A DNA stretch of 64,000 nucleotides from Rebecca billardiae RCC1528 (GCA_965240325.2 OZ251222.1:3410001-3474000), one strand, 5' to 3'. Shown: positions 42,427-56,267, counted from the first letter of the stretch. Program-made: numbers and translations. The notes: a model not told the origin generated them from the letters alone.

Positions 42427-45400
42427 ATGGCTTTGCCGGACCGCGGCGACGCGCAACCGGCGGCGCGTGGCGACGGGCGCGGCGTTCTCGAGCAGCGGCG
42501 GCGAAAGCTGGAGGATGTGCTACACGATGCCGCCGAGCGCACCTCACGCCTGCGCACGGGCACCGCGGCGCGGACTCCTCCCGCGCCGTCTGCCCTCGAG
42601 GACGACGACGGCGACAGCGACTCGCCCGGCGTGCAGGGTGCAGGCTCACCATCCATTGCTTACGAGTTCGGCCGCCTGCAGCGCCCTCGCCCTCGGAACG
42701 GACGCACTGGCATCCCTTCCAACGCCCCTGCAGCCGAGCGTGGGCGCCTCTACCAGGCACTGAGCTTCGACAAGCTCGTGCGTGCACAGCAGCAGCAGCA
42801 GGAGCAGCAGCAGCAGCAGCAGAAGCCGGAGCAGCAGCAGCCGCAGCAGCCACGCCAGCCGCTGAGTGCGCACACGCCTGTAGCCGCCGGTAAGTCGAGC
42901 GCGGAGAAGGAGGCTACTGGGAGCAGCGCCCTGCGCGCCCTGCTCCAGCGCACCCAGCGCCGCGCGCCCACGCCTGCGGGCGAGACGGCTGGCGGCAGTG
43001 CGCCGGGCCGTGGGCAGCAGTGCGGCACCGCACCTGTTGCCGCGAGGGCAGACGCGGAGCGCTCGCTCGCGGATGTGCTCGATCTGCTCGAGCAGCCGGC
43101 CTTGCAGCCGGCAGCCCCGGCATCTACACCGAGCGCGCACGCCTCGGAGCCCCCGCTCACTGCGGCGGCCCTTGACGGCCCACCTGCGGGCGCGCCAGCC
43201 GCGGCCGCGCCCGCCTGCCCTGCCCCCCGCGTCGGGGCTGGGTGCGCGGTGCGCCAGCCGCCGGCCGACGGCGGGTGTGCGGCCGCGCCGCCACGCCCCG
43301 AGGGCGGCGCTGCGCGTGGGCCGCCGCCCTGCGACGCGCAAAGCCCAGCCCATGCCGCCGCGCGCTGCGCAGGCGCCGCCGCGCACGAGAAGCAGAGCGC
43401 GGCGCTGGCACGCGCGTGGGCTGAGGCGCGCGCGTTCGCGCTGCAGGCGACGCGGCCGCGTGCGCCGCGTGCAGGCGGGGCTGCAGACGCGCCGGGCGCC
43501 GACGCGTGCGGCTCGCTCGACTGCTGGCATGGCGCCTGGCTGGGCCTCGTCCTCGATGAGATCTCGGAGCCGGTGGCGCCGCCGCTCGGCGCGGCGGAGA
43601 GTGGCGTGCGCGCGGCGGTGCGCGGCGCGGCGATGCAGCGCAGGCTGAGAGTGCTCACGTCTGCGGGCGCGCAGGGAGGCGCCGGCGTGCCCGACGACGA
43701 GTCCGGGCAGCTGTGCATGCACGTGTGCCTGCGCGAGAGCTGGCTCAGCACCGACGTGCGCGCTGGCGACCTGGTGAGCGTCGTGCTCACAGACGCGCCC
43801 GTGCCGAGTGTCGCGGGCGCGCACGGACCGCCGCTGAGCGAGGGCGCGGAGGGCGCGGAGGGCGCGGAGGGCGCGCCGCCGGGGCTCGTCGTCGTCGATG
43901 ACGCCAATGGGCTGCTCGTCGTGCGGTACGCGGCGCTCCGCACGACGAGCCCGCCGCCCCGCGCCGCGCGCGCGCGCCTCAGCTCTTGCCGCGCACGCAC
44001 ACGCACCCGGCGTCACACGGCAGGCGCGCGCTGCGCTCACGCGCGCAGCGTGCCCCCGCGCCGCGCCGCCGCCGCCGCATGCGCTCGCGCGCGCAGCCCG
44101 ACGGAGCTCGTCAGCGGCACGGACCTGGCCGAGTCGTACGCGTGCATGCGCAAGGTCGTGCTCAAGGGCGCGTTTGGCAGCACGGAGGCGTCAGCCGTCG
44201 CACTGCTCGGCACGCTCAGTCACGCGCTGCTCGAGGCGATGGCGACGGCCGACGGCGCGGCGGGGGCTGGGGGCGGCGGCGGCGCGGGCTCGGGCGGCGC
44301 CGAGGGCCCGCCCGCCGAGCAGGCACCGCACGACGAGGCGCTGATCGCCTCCATCGTCGCGCAGCACCGCTCGGAGCTGCTGGGCGCCCGGCTGGGCAGT
44401 GGTGTCGCGGCCTCCGAGCTGCGTGCGCGGCTGCCCAAGCTGCGTGCGTGGCTGCAGGCGCACCTGCCGCCGGCATCGGCGGGCTCGGCGGCGGCCGGCG
44501 GCACGCACGGCGCGCCGTACGCCCCCGCCGCGCCGCCCCTCGAGCTGCGCGACGCGGGCGGCGGCCTCGACGGCGCGCGCGTGCTGTGCGGCCGCCCGCT
44601 GCGCGCCGAGCTCGAGTGCAACTCCATCGCTCTCGGGCTGAAGGGCAAGATCGACCTCGTGCTCGAGGGGCTGGTGGTGCGCGGCGCGGGGCACGCGCGC
44701 GCCGCGCCGGCGGTGCGGCTGCGCGTGCCGCTCCCGCTCGAGCTCAAGACCGGCCTCAACGCCTCCGCCACCGCGCAGCACCGCCACGGCGCGCAGGCGG
44801 TTGCCTACGCGCTTCTGCTGCGCGAGCGCACGCGCGCGCCTGTGCCCGCGGCGGTCCTCGCGTACCCGATGGCGGCGGACGCGGCGGGCGGGGCTGCGCG
44901 CGCGGGGGGGGGCAGCCCGGGCATCACCGTGCCCGTGCGCGCGCAGCGCGCCCACGTGCTGCACCTCATGCACACGCGCAACGCGCTGGCTGCGTACGGG
45001 CGGCGCGCGGACGGCGGAGGCGGAGGCGGCCGCAGCGCGCGGCCGCTGCCACCGCTGCTTCGCGACGAGCGCACGTGCGCGCGCTGCCCGCTGCTCGAGC
45101 CGTGCATGCTGATGCACCGCCTCGCCGAGGGCGGCGACGCCGCCTCCTCCGGCGCGCCGAGCCTCTTCCACGCCGCCACCGCCGCGCTCACCCCCGCCGT
45201 CGAGGCCTACGCCCTCGAAGCGCTGCAGCTCGCTGACGTGGAGGAGGCGCATGAGCAGCCCGAGCCGAGCGCGCACGTGTGGGCGCTCGACGGCGCGCGC
45301 GCCGAGCTCGCGTGCGCCGGCGAGGGCGCGAGGGCGGCGGGCGGGCCGAGCTGGTCCGCGCCCCGCCCGCTGTGCGTCGGCGCGCTCGCGCTCTGCTCGC

Positions 45401-47588
45401 AGCACCACGCCACCGCGCCCGGCGCGGGCGGCGCGCACGGCCGCGCGCGCGAGCGCCACACGCTCTCGCTCGAGCGCGCACCCGACGCGCCCCGCGCGCT
45501 GCGCGCGCGCGCGCTGAACGCGCCCTCGGCGGACGGGCGGGCGCTGCAGCTCGGTGACAGCGTGCGCGTCTCGCTCGAGCCGCGGCCGGGCGGCGGCGCG
45601 CGGGGCGGCGCGAGGCACGGCGTGTGCTGCGGCACGGTGGTCGAGGTCGGGGCAGCGCTGCTGCGCGTCTCAAGCGAAGCGCCGCTGCTGCCGCTGCCGG
45701 CGGCGGGAGGCGCGCCGGGCGCCGAGGCGTCGGCGAGCGCGTGGTGGGTGCGCCTCGACGCGCTCGTCGGCACCAAGTCGTACGCGATGCAGCGCGCGCA
45801 CACCGCGTGGCTCGCCGCCTCGGCCGAGCCGCGCGCGCGCCGGCTGCGCGCACTGCTCTGTGACGCGGCGCCGCCTGCGTTCGCAGACAGCGGCGCGGCC
45901 GAGTGCGCGGCGGTCGAGCGCGCGCTCGACGCGGACGCGTCGCTCACGGCCGAGCAGCGCGGCGCGGCGCACGCGTGCGCGCGCGCGCGCGACTACGCGC
46001 TCCTCGTCGGCGTGCCGGGCGCGGGCAAGTCGTGCGTCATCGCCTCCCTACTGCGCGCGCTCGCACACGCGGGCGGCGCGCGTGTGCTGGTGGCCACCAA
46101 CTCGCACGCGGCGCTCGACCACATCCTGCTCAAGCTGCTGCCGCACGCGCGGCGCGGCGGCGAGGGCGCGCCGCCGTTCGTGCGGATCGGCGCGCCGGCG
46201 CGCGTGCACCCGCGCGTGCGCGAGTGGACGATCGAGCGGCTGCTCGCCGCCGGAGCGGGCGCGCACGGAGAGTGCGCCGCGCGCGCTGCGCCCGACGGCG
46301 GCGGCGGCGACGCGGACGCTGCGGCGGCGGCGGCGGCCGCCTCGGCCGAGCTGGAGTCCGTTGCGCGCGGCGCGCTCGTCTACGGCGGGACGGTGTCCAC
46401 GTGCTGCTCCAGCCCGCTCCTCCTCGCCCTCGCGCCCTTCGACGTCGCCATCCTCGACGAGGCGGGGCAGGTCTCGCAGCCGTCCGCCCTGGGCGTGCTT
46501 CGGCTGGCGTCTCGGTTTGTGCTTGTGGGTGACCACCACCAGCTGCCGCCCGTGCAGCGCGGGGCGCGCGGCGAGGGCGGCGAGGGCGGCGGCGCGGCGG
46601 GCGGCGGCGCGGCGGGCTCGCTCTTCGCGCGCCTCGCCGCCGCGCGCCCCGACGCGGTCTGCACGCTGCGCTGCCAGTTCCGCATGAGCCAGGCGGTGAT
46701 GGAGGTGTCAAATGCCCTCTTCTACGGCGGCGTGCTGCGCTGCGGCACCGAGGCGGTCGCGGCGCGCGCGCTCGAGCTGGACGTGCGCGCGCTGGACACG
46801 CACGCGGCGCGCGCGGCGTGCGCGGCGCACGCGCCGCGCGCGTGGGCGTGGGCGCGCACCGTGCTCAGCCGTGAGCTGCCCGTCGCTGTGTGCGACTCCG
46901 ACGCCACCTCGGCGCGCGCCGATGGAGAGCAGCTGAGCTCGCTCGTGCACGAGGGCGAGGCGCGCGCGGCGGTCGGGCTCGTGGCGTGCTGCCTGCGCGC
47001 GGGGCTGCAGCCGACGGACGTCGCGGTGATCAGCCCCTTCCGCGCGCAGCTCGGCCGCGTGCGCGCGCTGCTCGACGCGCCGCCCGCGGCCGCGCGCGCG
47101 CCCGGCAGCGCTCTCCCCGCGCCCGAGGAGCCGGAGCTGGCCCGCCGCTTGGCCGCGGTCGACGTGCTCACCGTGGACCAGAGCCAGGGGCAGGACCGAG
47201 TGCGTGCTCGCGCGCGAACATGCCGCGCCCCTGGCGCGCGCGCGCGCCGCCGCCCTTCTGCTTGTCCAGCCGACCACTGACGCGCGCGGCGCGGCGCGTG
47301 CGCGCTGTGTCTCTCGCGCGCGCGCAACAGCCGTGCATCATCGTCTCGCTCGCGAAGACGAGCTCCAACGGGGCCGTGGGCACGCTGCTCTCCGACTGGC
47401 GCCGGCTCAACGTGGCCCTCACGCGCGCGCAGTCCAAGCTGATCGTGCTCGGCTCCGCGCGCACGATGCAACACGCGCCGGTGCCGGCCGCGCTCTTCGC
47501 GCTCGCTGACGCGCGCGGTTGGGCGCAGCGCATGCCTGCGGATGCCGCGGCGTTGGGCGCGCGAGCCTCGGAGGTGCCGAGCGAGTAG
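42427..47588 (+). CDS. DNA2: DNA replication nuclease/helicase Dna2; introns 43926-44096 and 47200-47330
   Basis: Fe-S cysteines (ACMRK ... CARCPLLEPC). Nuclease motifs LGTLSH, GLKGKID, PLELKTG and HGAQAVAY. SF1 motifs GVPGAGKS, DEAGQ, LVGDHHQLPP, QFRM, ISPFRAQ, TVDQSQG and RRLNVALTRAQSKLI. Confidence 0.92.
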
Positions 47589-48106
47589 GCTCGCCGCACG
47601 AGAGGCAAGACCAAGGTTCGTTGTTTGGCGACGTGTAGGACGGAGCCTGGCGGTCCAACCATGGAATCACACGCGCCTTTACGGGAGCACACACTCGCGC
47701 CATCGGCATCTTGGAGTGAGCTGCTCGCTGGCGCCCAACCAGTGCCCTGTGTCGACTGCCTGCTGGCAGTGAGAGAGCCACCCTTGCGGTGGTAGTGCAT
47801 AGCCAGCACTGGTGTCAGCTCCTGCTGGGGCCAGTGGTGAGCACCCTCAGCTGCTTGCCTGGTACAGTAGTCAGGGTGGGTGGGTGGGAAGATTTGCCAC
47901 AATGAATGCCCTTTGCTGCTGCGGCGCTGCGTGCCGCCATTTGCGGCAACCTCGTGCCTGCTGCTTGGGGCGATAATCGCTGAGCTCTGGGCTCTGAGTC
48001 CTGCTGCTCCGGATTCTGCGGCTGGATTTGCACAGCGCTTGCGTCTCCAGTACATTGCGGACCCCTTGTGAGCTTCGCGCCAGACCCACCAAACCAACTG
48101 CACAAC

Positions 48107-49155
48107 ACAAGCGGTCCTTGTTCCTTGTTCGCCGCATGATCGGCAATGCCAATGTAATATGACGATGTAGTATGTTATGCCCACTGCTACGCAGTCACCA
48201 GATCGGCGACGTCGTCGACAGTTGGGATACCTCCAAGTGGAGGCCCGAGTGGTTGCAGCCCACTGTGCCACCAGGGTACTTGCGGCTGCGACGTGTTTGC
48301 CGCGCTGACGTTCCCAATCGTTCCACAGGGGCGTCGGGTGGCTGTGCTTGTAGGGTCGGGGGCCGTAATCCGTATCCCAACTGCATGATGCACGGTGGCG
48401 GTGTTCGTTTTTCGATTGCTTTGCTGCCTTTGGCTTTGACGACGCCGAGGCAGGCGTTGAGCGGCCTCTCGCCGGGCTGCGGCCTACGGGCACGGCCCGT
48501 GCTGCCTGGCCGGGCTGGCAGGCCAGTGCGCTGATAGCAACGTAGCGGCCCTGCTGTATACCCAGGTTCCAGCAAGTAAGCGGCGGTGCAGGCCTGCTGG
48601 TCTCCAGCGGCCTGCTGGGGCTAATTAGCAAGGCAGGCTCTGCCGGCCTTGCCCGTATGCTGCAGTGCAAAGTGGATCTCAGCCTGCTGCAGCCAGCGGG
48701 CTTGCGCCTTGCTGCTCGGCGGAGCTGCCTCACTGCACGGCGAGCGCCGGACAGTGACAGCCATGGTCCGCACCGCCGCTGGGCATCCACCCCTTCTGCA
48801 TGACGATATGCAGGAAATCCGCGTATGCCTTATTGGGCGGCTGATGAATGGCACCTTTCGCGTAGTACTGCTAGTGCAAGTACTATTGATGCTTAGCAGG
48901 AAGTCACACATGCCTGTGTTAGGTGTTGCCTGGCTGCTGCCTGCGGGCACAAGCGGCGCCTGCGGCGTGCTAAGCCCTTGCCTCGACGGCCTGCGGGCCG
49001 GAGGACGGTGGAGGACGCTTGCGAGTCCTGGGCAAGGCTCAGGCGGAGCTCTTGCGGGCCGGGTTCTCGGCTTAGCAGTGGGCATAACATACTACATCGT
49101 CATATTACATTGGCATTGCCGATCATGCGGCGAACAAAGAACAAGGACCGCTTGT
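48107..49155. repeat. 83-bp inverted repeat pair (48107-48189 and 49073-49155) bracketing ~880 bp
   Basis: acaagcggtcc...atgcccactgcta and its reverse complement match with one mismatch. The same peptide AVGITYYIVILHWHCRSCGEQ appears in ORFs on opposite strands. Confidence 0.9.
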
Positions 49156-51034
49156 ACGGGCTTCTGGCCCCGGTCCGGTGCCACTGGGCGCAGGAATTTC
49201 GGGTGGGGATTTTCTTTTCCGAATATGTTGGTGATGCCGTCAGAGCACCACCAACCTCTGCCGCTGGCGGCTGCGCTGACAGCGCGCTGGGCGGCGCTGG
49301 AGGGGCGAGATGGGCGCCGACTGCGCGCCCTCCTGCGGTAGTTGCGTGCCCGCGAAGGCGGTGCGCGTGGTTGAGCGCGGCTGAAGAGCAGCCATTTGCG
49401 TCGTTCTACCGCTCGCCGTTCGGAATCACTGCATCCGCCGCGCCTCAGGCCATCGCGTGCGCCGCACCAACAAGGAAGTTGTGTGCATTCCTCGGCTGAC
49501 TGCACGCGTGCCGCGAGCAGCGGCGTCGGCGTCCGGCACTTGGTTGCACCGGGCAATGTCCAGGTAGATTATGCACGCGGCATCGCTCGTCACAGTACGC
49601 TGCCTGGCATACGCATCTGCACGGGTCACACAGCCGTCAAAAGGCATGATCGAGCATCACGCAGCGGTTGGCATCGACCTACGGCGAGGGTCATGTGAGC
49701 ATGCAAAGCACGGACATGCGCCCTTCTGGATAGTGATGTAGTGAGCATATTCCCGCGTGAAAGGAGCGCGCGCCATTCAGGCACCGGAAGCGGCGTCGGG
49801 GCTGGATGCTCACGTCTTAGGCAGGCTGATGCTGCCTTCCGGCTGCACGGGTGCGTCTATCAAGGCTGACCGTGTGTGCACGATGCGCACCGTCAAGTTC
49901 GACACGAACGTCCAGACGTGAGCTACTGCTTGACAAGGTAGTATACACACATTCATACACGCGCCGTGTCATCCGAGGAGGCACATACACGCAGGCCATC
50001 ATGGGCCTCGTTCAGGTATATTCTGCATCAGCACGCATGCATGCACGTACTAGCTCGGGCCAAGATTGACGTCGGAGCACGAGTCAGGGAGTTCAATGCC
50101 GGGGCAGAGCTGGACAGCGGTCACGTGTGTGGCCACTCCGCGCGAGCGCACATGCTCCGCGTCACCGCATATCAGCATGGCGTGCGCTGCAACGTCATCG
50201 TCGGGCCAGAGCGCTTGTTCGACCAATCGGCTCGTATGAATGATGCAATCAGCACACCTGAACGCAGCTGTTCGGACCCGCGCTCATGCGCGGCGGCGCA
50301 AGGTAGCGCAGTGCGTACAGCGTAGGCCTCGCCGCGCGGAAGCGCATGCTCCGTGTGTGTCTCGCCTCGCATGGCGCACGCGGGCGAGGCTGGCCGTGTG
50401 GCGGTGTGCACAGACAAGTGCTGGCCCGAGGCAAGTACAGCCGAATGCGATGCGCGGCGCGAAGCGGCGAATGGCACTTCAGCACGACTGCCCAGCCTAG
50501 CTCGCCGGCTCTGCGCTCGCGGGATCGTCCACACGCACGGGAGCGCGGCGCCGTCGCCCGCTCGCCCGAGACGCGCGCGTCCGCCGCGCAGCGCGCGGCT
50601 GAATAAATGCAAGGCGGAAATAAAAAGCGCGCCGATTTTCTGATTTCTCCGACCCTGGGTGCCGTGTCCCCAGTGGCCAACAGTGGCACCCGCCCGCGCG
50701 GCCGGGGCCACTGCCAGCGGTTTTCACTTTGCAGCAGGAATCTTTCGCCGGACCGAAGTTTTTGCCTGGCGATCTCGGCTCCCGAGCACATAGACGTCGG
50801 AAACTCGCCGGGAGCAATCAATTGCTCCTTCAAATCATCTGGCCTAAGCACCTGCAATCTCCCGCTCCCGGACCACTTGATGATGAGCTCCGAGCGGCAA
50901 TGGGGCTCACCGGACTGGTGGATCTTCGTCGCGTCATTGCCGCGGCGGAGCTCGTCGGTTCATCGGCCTTCGGGCGCGCGGCGGCGACGATCCATCCAGC
51001 CCGTTGATTGCCCCCGCAGATCGCGGCCGCGACG

Positions 51035-53532
51035 ATGTGGTCTACGGTCCGCGCGCGTCATCGAGGCGGCGAGCGCCGGCGCGAGCGCGCGCGCCGGGTG
51101 TTGCGCGTGGTCGCGGGGCGTGGGAGCCCCCCCCCACGCGCCCCGCGCCCCGCTGCGAGCGCGCGAGCTCCCGCCCCTCGCTCGCGGCCGGCCCTGACGC
51201 GCGCGTCATTATCCCCTCCCCGCCGCCGCGCGCGCGCGCTCTGCCGGGTGCGGCCACCCCTGCGGCTCTTCCGTGGCGGCGCGCCGGTGACCACAGCTTG
51301 TGCTTTCAGCTCTCGCCTTCCAGGCGCCGACCTCGCGCGTCGCGCACTCGCGCGCTGCGCGGCCGCGCACGGCTGTCGTCGCGTCGACCGCCGAGCTCGT
51401 GACCAACGAGGTTGCGCTCGCGCGCGCGGCGGATGAGTCGCGCGGCCTGTCGATGGACTCGATCTCGGCTGCGCACTCGGGCCACCTTGGCCTCCCGCTC
51501 GGCGCGGCCGAGGTCGGCGCGGTGCTCTTCGGCCAGGAGATGTCGTACAACCCGGCGGACTCAAAGTGGCTGAACCGCGACCGCTTTGTGCTCTCGGCCG
51601 GCCACGGCTCCATGTTCCTGTACAGCTGGCTGCACATGGCGGGGTTTGACCTGCCGATGGACGAGGTGAAGAACTTCCGGCAGTTGGACTCGAAGACGCC
51701 GGGCCACCCCGAGTACGGCTGGACCGACGGCGTCGAGTGCACGACCGGCCCGCTCGGCCAGGGCGTCTCGAACGCGGTCGGCATGGCGATGGCGGCCAAG
51801 ATGGCCGCGGCCAACTACAACACGGCCGAGCACGCGATCTTCGACCACCACGTCTACGCGCTCTGCGGCGACGGCTGCCTGCAGGAGGGCGTCTCCTTCG
51901 AGGGCATCGCCATCGCGGGCCACGAGGCCCTCGACAACCTCATCCTCATCTACGACTCGAACAAGGTGACGCTCGACAAGATGGCCGAGGTCACGCAGTC
52001 GGAGGACACGGCCGCGCGCTTCAAGGCGATGGGCTGGGAGGTGTACGACATCGACGGGCACGACATGTCGCAGGTGGCCAAGGCGATTAAGGACGCCAAG
52101 GCGGCGGACAACGGCAAGCCCAAGCTGATCATCGCCAACACGATCATCGCCAAGGGCATCGACGAGGTCGCGGGCACGTGCGCCGGCCACGGCGAGGCGG
52201 GTGTGCAGTTCACCAAGGAGTCGCGCAAGAAGCTCGGGCTGCCGGACGACCTGTGGCACGTGTCCGCGGACACGCGCGCCTTCTTCGAGACGCGCAAGGC
52301 CGAGCTCAAGTCGGAGTACGACGCGTGGATGACCAAGTTCAACGCGTGGAAGTCCGCCAACCCGGACAAGGCCTCGCTGCTCGAGATGGCTTCCAAGGGC
52401 GAGGTGCCCAAGGACATCATGGACAAGATCCCCACCTTCAAGTCGGGCAAGTACGCCACGCGCAACGCCGGCTCGGAGGTGCTGCAGTCGGTCGCGGAGG
52501 CCATCCCGTACTACATCTCCGGCTCGGCGGACCTCCACGGCTCCACCAAGAACCTGATCAAGTCTGGCGGCGACTGGTCGTCGAAGAACCCCTCGGGGCG
52601 CAACATGTACTACGGCATCCGCGAGCACGGCATGGGCGCCATCATGAACGGCTTCGCCTACTACGGTCTGAACAAGATCTCGGGCGCGACCTTCCTCGTG
52701 TTCTGCGACTACCTCCGCGGCTCCGTCCGCGTCGCCGCGCTCTCGCACCTGCCGGTCGGCTACATCCTCACCCACGACTCGATTGGCGTCGGCGAGGACG
52801 GCCCGACGCACCAGCCGGTCGAGGCGGTGTCGGCGCTGCGCGTCATCCCCAACCTCGACGTCATCCGCCCGGCGGACGCGGAGGAGACGGCCGGCGCGTT
52901 CGTCGCGCACGTGACCCGCACGGAGGGCCCGACCGCGCTGATCCTCTCGCGCCAGGACCTCCCCACCCTTGACTCCGTCCCGGTCGAGACGCGCCGCAAC
53001 GGCGTGCTCAAGGGCGCGTACGTGGCCAAGAAGGTGGGCGCACGCGCGCGCGCGCAAAAGCGCCGCCGACCGCCGACCGCCGCCGCCGCCGCGGCCGCCG
53101 CCGCCGCGGCGGAGCGCGAGGTTGGATGCAGCGCGGCTGACGCGCCGCGACGCGCCGCGCCCCTCCCCGCCCGCGTCACCCTCGCCTTGGCAGGAGTCGG
53201 GCGCGCTCGAGATGATCATCCTCGCGTCGGGCTCGGAGGTGTGCATTGCGATGGAGGCGGCCGAGAAGCTGGGCGGCGGCGTGCGCGTCGTGTCGATGCC
53301 GTCGATGGAGATCTTCGAGCGCCAGCCGCAGGCGTACAAGGACGAGGTGCTCCCGCCGAGCTGCACGAAGCGCGTGGCCGTCGAGGCCGGCGTCACGCCC
53401 ATGTGGTGGAAGTACGTGGGCACGGACGGCAAGGTTCTCGGCACGGACAAGTTTGGCCTGTCGGCGCCGGGCAACCTCGTGTACGATGCCTTTGGCATCA
53501 ACCCGGAGGGCGTCGTCAAGATGTGCAAGTAA
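51035..53532 (+). CDS. TKT: Plastid transketolase; exons 51035-51046, 51297-53033, 53194-53532
   Basis: Motifs [53 protein letters not shown] and [18 protein letters not shown]. Strong C/G-ending codon bias. The spliced N-terminus MWST|[11 protein letters not shown] resembles a bipartite plastid signal. Confidence 0.95.
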
Positions 53533-54676
53533 GCGCGTCGTTCCATGCCGGCGTCCGCGCCACCTGCACCCCTGACTTGTCAAGCAGCGCGCCTTCAACC
53601 GGCCGCTCGCCTTGCGACATCTGGTTCGACTGATCTCCGCTTTGTGCTCAGCACGCGCCATGCAGCACACATGTGTTCGTCCAGCCGTGCGGGCCTTGGT
53701 TCTGACGAGTGGCCACGGTCAACTGCGCTGTCACTATACGGCAGCTCGACCGATGACTGCGATCGGAGCCAGGCGCCTGATTGCCGTTGGCAGCATGATG
53801 ACCGTTGATGATCTAATGAGCCGTAATGACGGAGCAGACAGCAGTAGGCTGTAGAGTGTAGGGGGTCCATGACAGCAGCCCACTGATTTGTGATTTTCGA
53901 CAACTATGCGATTTAGGTGTCTGACGAGCGAGGCGCTTGCGAAGGCACCCACAAATATGTCCCGGAACCCAGCCCAGCCGTCAGAAGCACGCAAAACCGA
54001 CTCCGCGTGCCGTCACGCGGTCGTGCGCGCGCGCCAGCTGCGCCACTGTGTCACATACAGATTCAGCCAAACGTCAACGACTTGTTATGGCGGCTAAATG
54101 ACGGTATATCGTCGAACATACTTATTCATAACCGTTGCAACCCGCCCAAATACAATTACGGTGGAATTGCTGATTTTTAGAAGGCACGATGAGTGCGCGT
54201 AGAGGGCGAGGAAAAACTACTCCAAGATCGAGCATGTTACCCATTTGATTAGAGACACGTACCCGTATATATGCGCATATCTACCCGTTTATTATATAAC
54301 GCGGGTGCGTTTTAAATATATATTCAGGGTGCTGTCAATATGGGGGTACCTTGTTCACTATTCGTGCCGGGTCATCCGAATAGGCCGCGCCGCCGCGCGG
54401 AGACCGCGGGCTCATGCCACTCGAACCGTGCCGCAGCAGGCCCGGACGGACCTGATGCGGGCGGCGGGCTGCGTGCCGAAGCACACTACCAAGCCCACCT
54501 CTGAGCATGCCACCATCCCCATAGTCGTGAGAGAGTCCTCCGCCATCGAGGCTTGCGTGCGCAGACTAGCAGTCGCCGCCGCCGAGCTTGCCGCGGTCCG
54601 TTCGGCGACTTCCGTGCCCGTGCTCTGTGTCACCGGCGTCGTCGCCGTTCGTCGTACCCTAGCCCACGCGAGGGCG

Positions 54677-55870
54677 TCACCGGTCCACCAGTACTGCGGC
54701 GGACTGCGCGCGCTTCGCCGCGCGCTCGCCCTCGAGCTCCGGCGCTCTCCTCTCGCGCTCGAACTCGGCGCAGTCGGCAGCCATGGCAGCCCGCTCGGCC
54801 GCAGCTCGATCTGTGCCCCCGCGCGCGCTGCGCTCGGTTGCGTTGGCGCGCAAGCTGGCGCGCGCAGCGTCGGCGACGGCGCGCGCGATCGCCTTGCGCG
54901 ACGAGTTCAGCTCCACCTGCTGCTCCGTCAGGCGCACCTGCTGCTCCAAGATGATCGCGTGCTCAGCAGGAGTCACGCGCTGCTCGTGCAGCTGCACCTG
55001 CACGCGGCCTGCTGCGGACGCGCGCGGCGCGCTGGCGTCGGGGGGCGAGTAGAGGTCGCGGAAGGGGCAGCTGTCGTCGCCGGCGCCCAGCGACGTGTCG
55101 TCAACATCCAGCTCCGCCTTCCTCTCCGCCGCCGACGCGCCCTGCTTCCGGCTCAGGATGCGCTCCATGTCCTCGTGCTTGCCCTTCCACCACCTGTGCA
55201 CGGTCATCAGCCAGATGCCGATCACCTCGAGCCGCGGCGAGTCGTGGCGCAACGAGATGCCGAGCGCATCCACGCAGACGAGCGTGAGCGCCTTGGGCTT
55301 CTTCGTCCGACCGTCGCGCGCGGTCTGGGCGCACGCAGGGGTGAACACTCTGACCAACTGCTTGTGCTTCTTCAAGTTCTCAAGCATGAGCTCCACGAGA
55401 CCACGAGCGTGCGGAGGAGGTCGAGGAGCATGAAGTCGAGCACCGATGCGTACCGCGGGCGAGTGCCGGCCACGCGCCAGCTGGTCGAAGGCTGTAGCAC
55501 GTGGATGGCGCGCGCCGCCACCGCCGTCTCCTCGAGCTGCTGCGCGCTGACGTTGACGTCAGGCCGTAGCTCGGGCCTGCACGGTTGCTCACAGTCGAGG
55601 CCGTCCGCGGAGGAGGCGAGCCCCTCGGCGGTGCCGGCAGGGACCTCGGGCGGGTCGCACACACCCATGGGCACGCGTGCATCATCATCTGCCGCGCCCT
55701 GGACCTCGTCATGCCCGGCACAGCGGTCCGCAAGTTGGTCGGCGGCAGCTGGCCCTTGCGGCAGAGGCGTCGCGGGCACGTCCGAGGGCGAGATGGCAGC
55801 GACGGGTGGGGAAGGAGACAGTGTCCAGTCGTTGTCGATGCCCATCCCACCATATTGCGCATGTTCGTCT
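54677..55870 (-). pseudogene. Frameshifted coding remnant with coiled-coil tail (possibly TE-derived)
   Basis: Two overlapping ORFs (55372-56004 and 54677-55396) read as one protein across a shift near 55400 (...RYASVLDFMLLDLLRT / VELMLENLKKHKQLVR...). No domain recognised. It is embedded in repeat-rich DNA. Confidence 0.35.
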
Positions 55871-56267
55871 CCGTATTGCTCTCCTGCACGTGCTCCCAGG
55901 ACGCGCTCCTTGGTCGCGAGCAGCACACGTCGAGCACGCAGATTCAAATGATGAAGCACGAGCGTCGTTTGGCCAGCGACTCCCAGCGAGAGCCCGGTCC
56001 ACACGAACCGTGGCTACGTGTCCGTGTCCACCGAGTCGCTCGGCGAGGCGCCTGCGCCGATGTGGGCGCGCCCAACGGCGAGCGGACGGCCGTCGACGAG
56101 GGCCATCAGCCTTGCCGACCCCGTTCAGAGCTCCGCTCCCGCGCCGGGCCGAGCCGAGCGCGGATTTGGAATCTGCCGATCGCGAAAACACGCCGAACAA
56201 GTTCTGAAAAGGAAAAGAAAAGAAATCAAAACTCGATTTAATCAGATGATGTATATAATAATAAATA

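Noticed and set aside
44100-45110. Cas4-like nuclease motifs (Fe-S cysteines, KGKID...ELKTG, QxxxY)
   Set aside because: This is the normal nuclease domain of Dna2, in frame with its SF1 helicase.
53795-53886. Possible C/D-box snoRNA (ATGATGA ... CTGA)
   Set aside because: There is no terminal stem or recognisable rRNA-complementary guide, and such motifs are frequent in this TGA-rich intergenic DNA.
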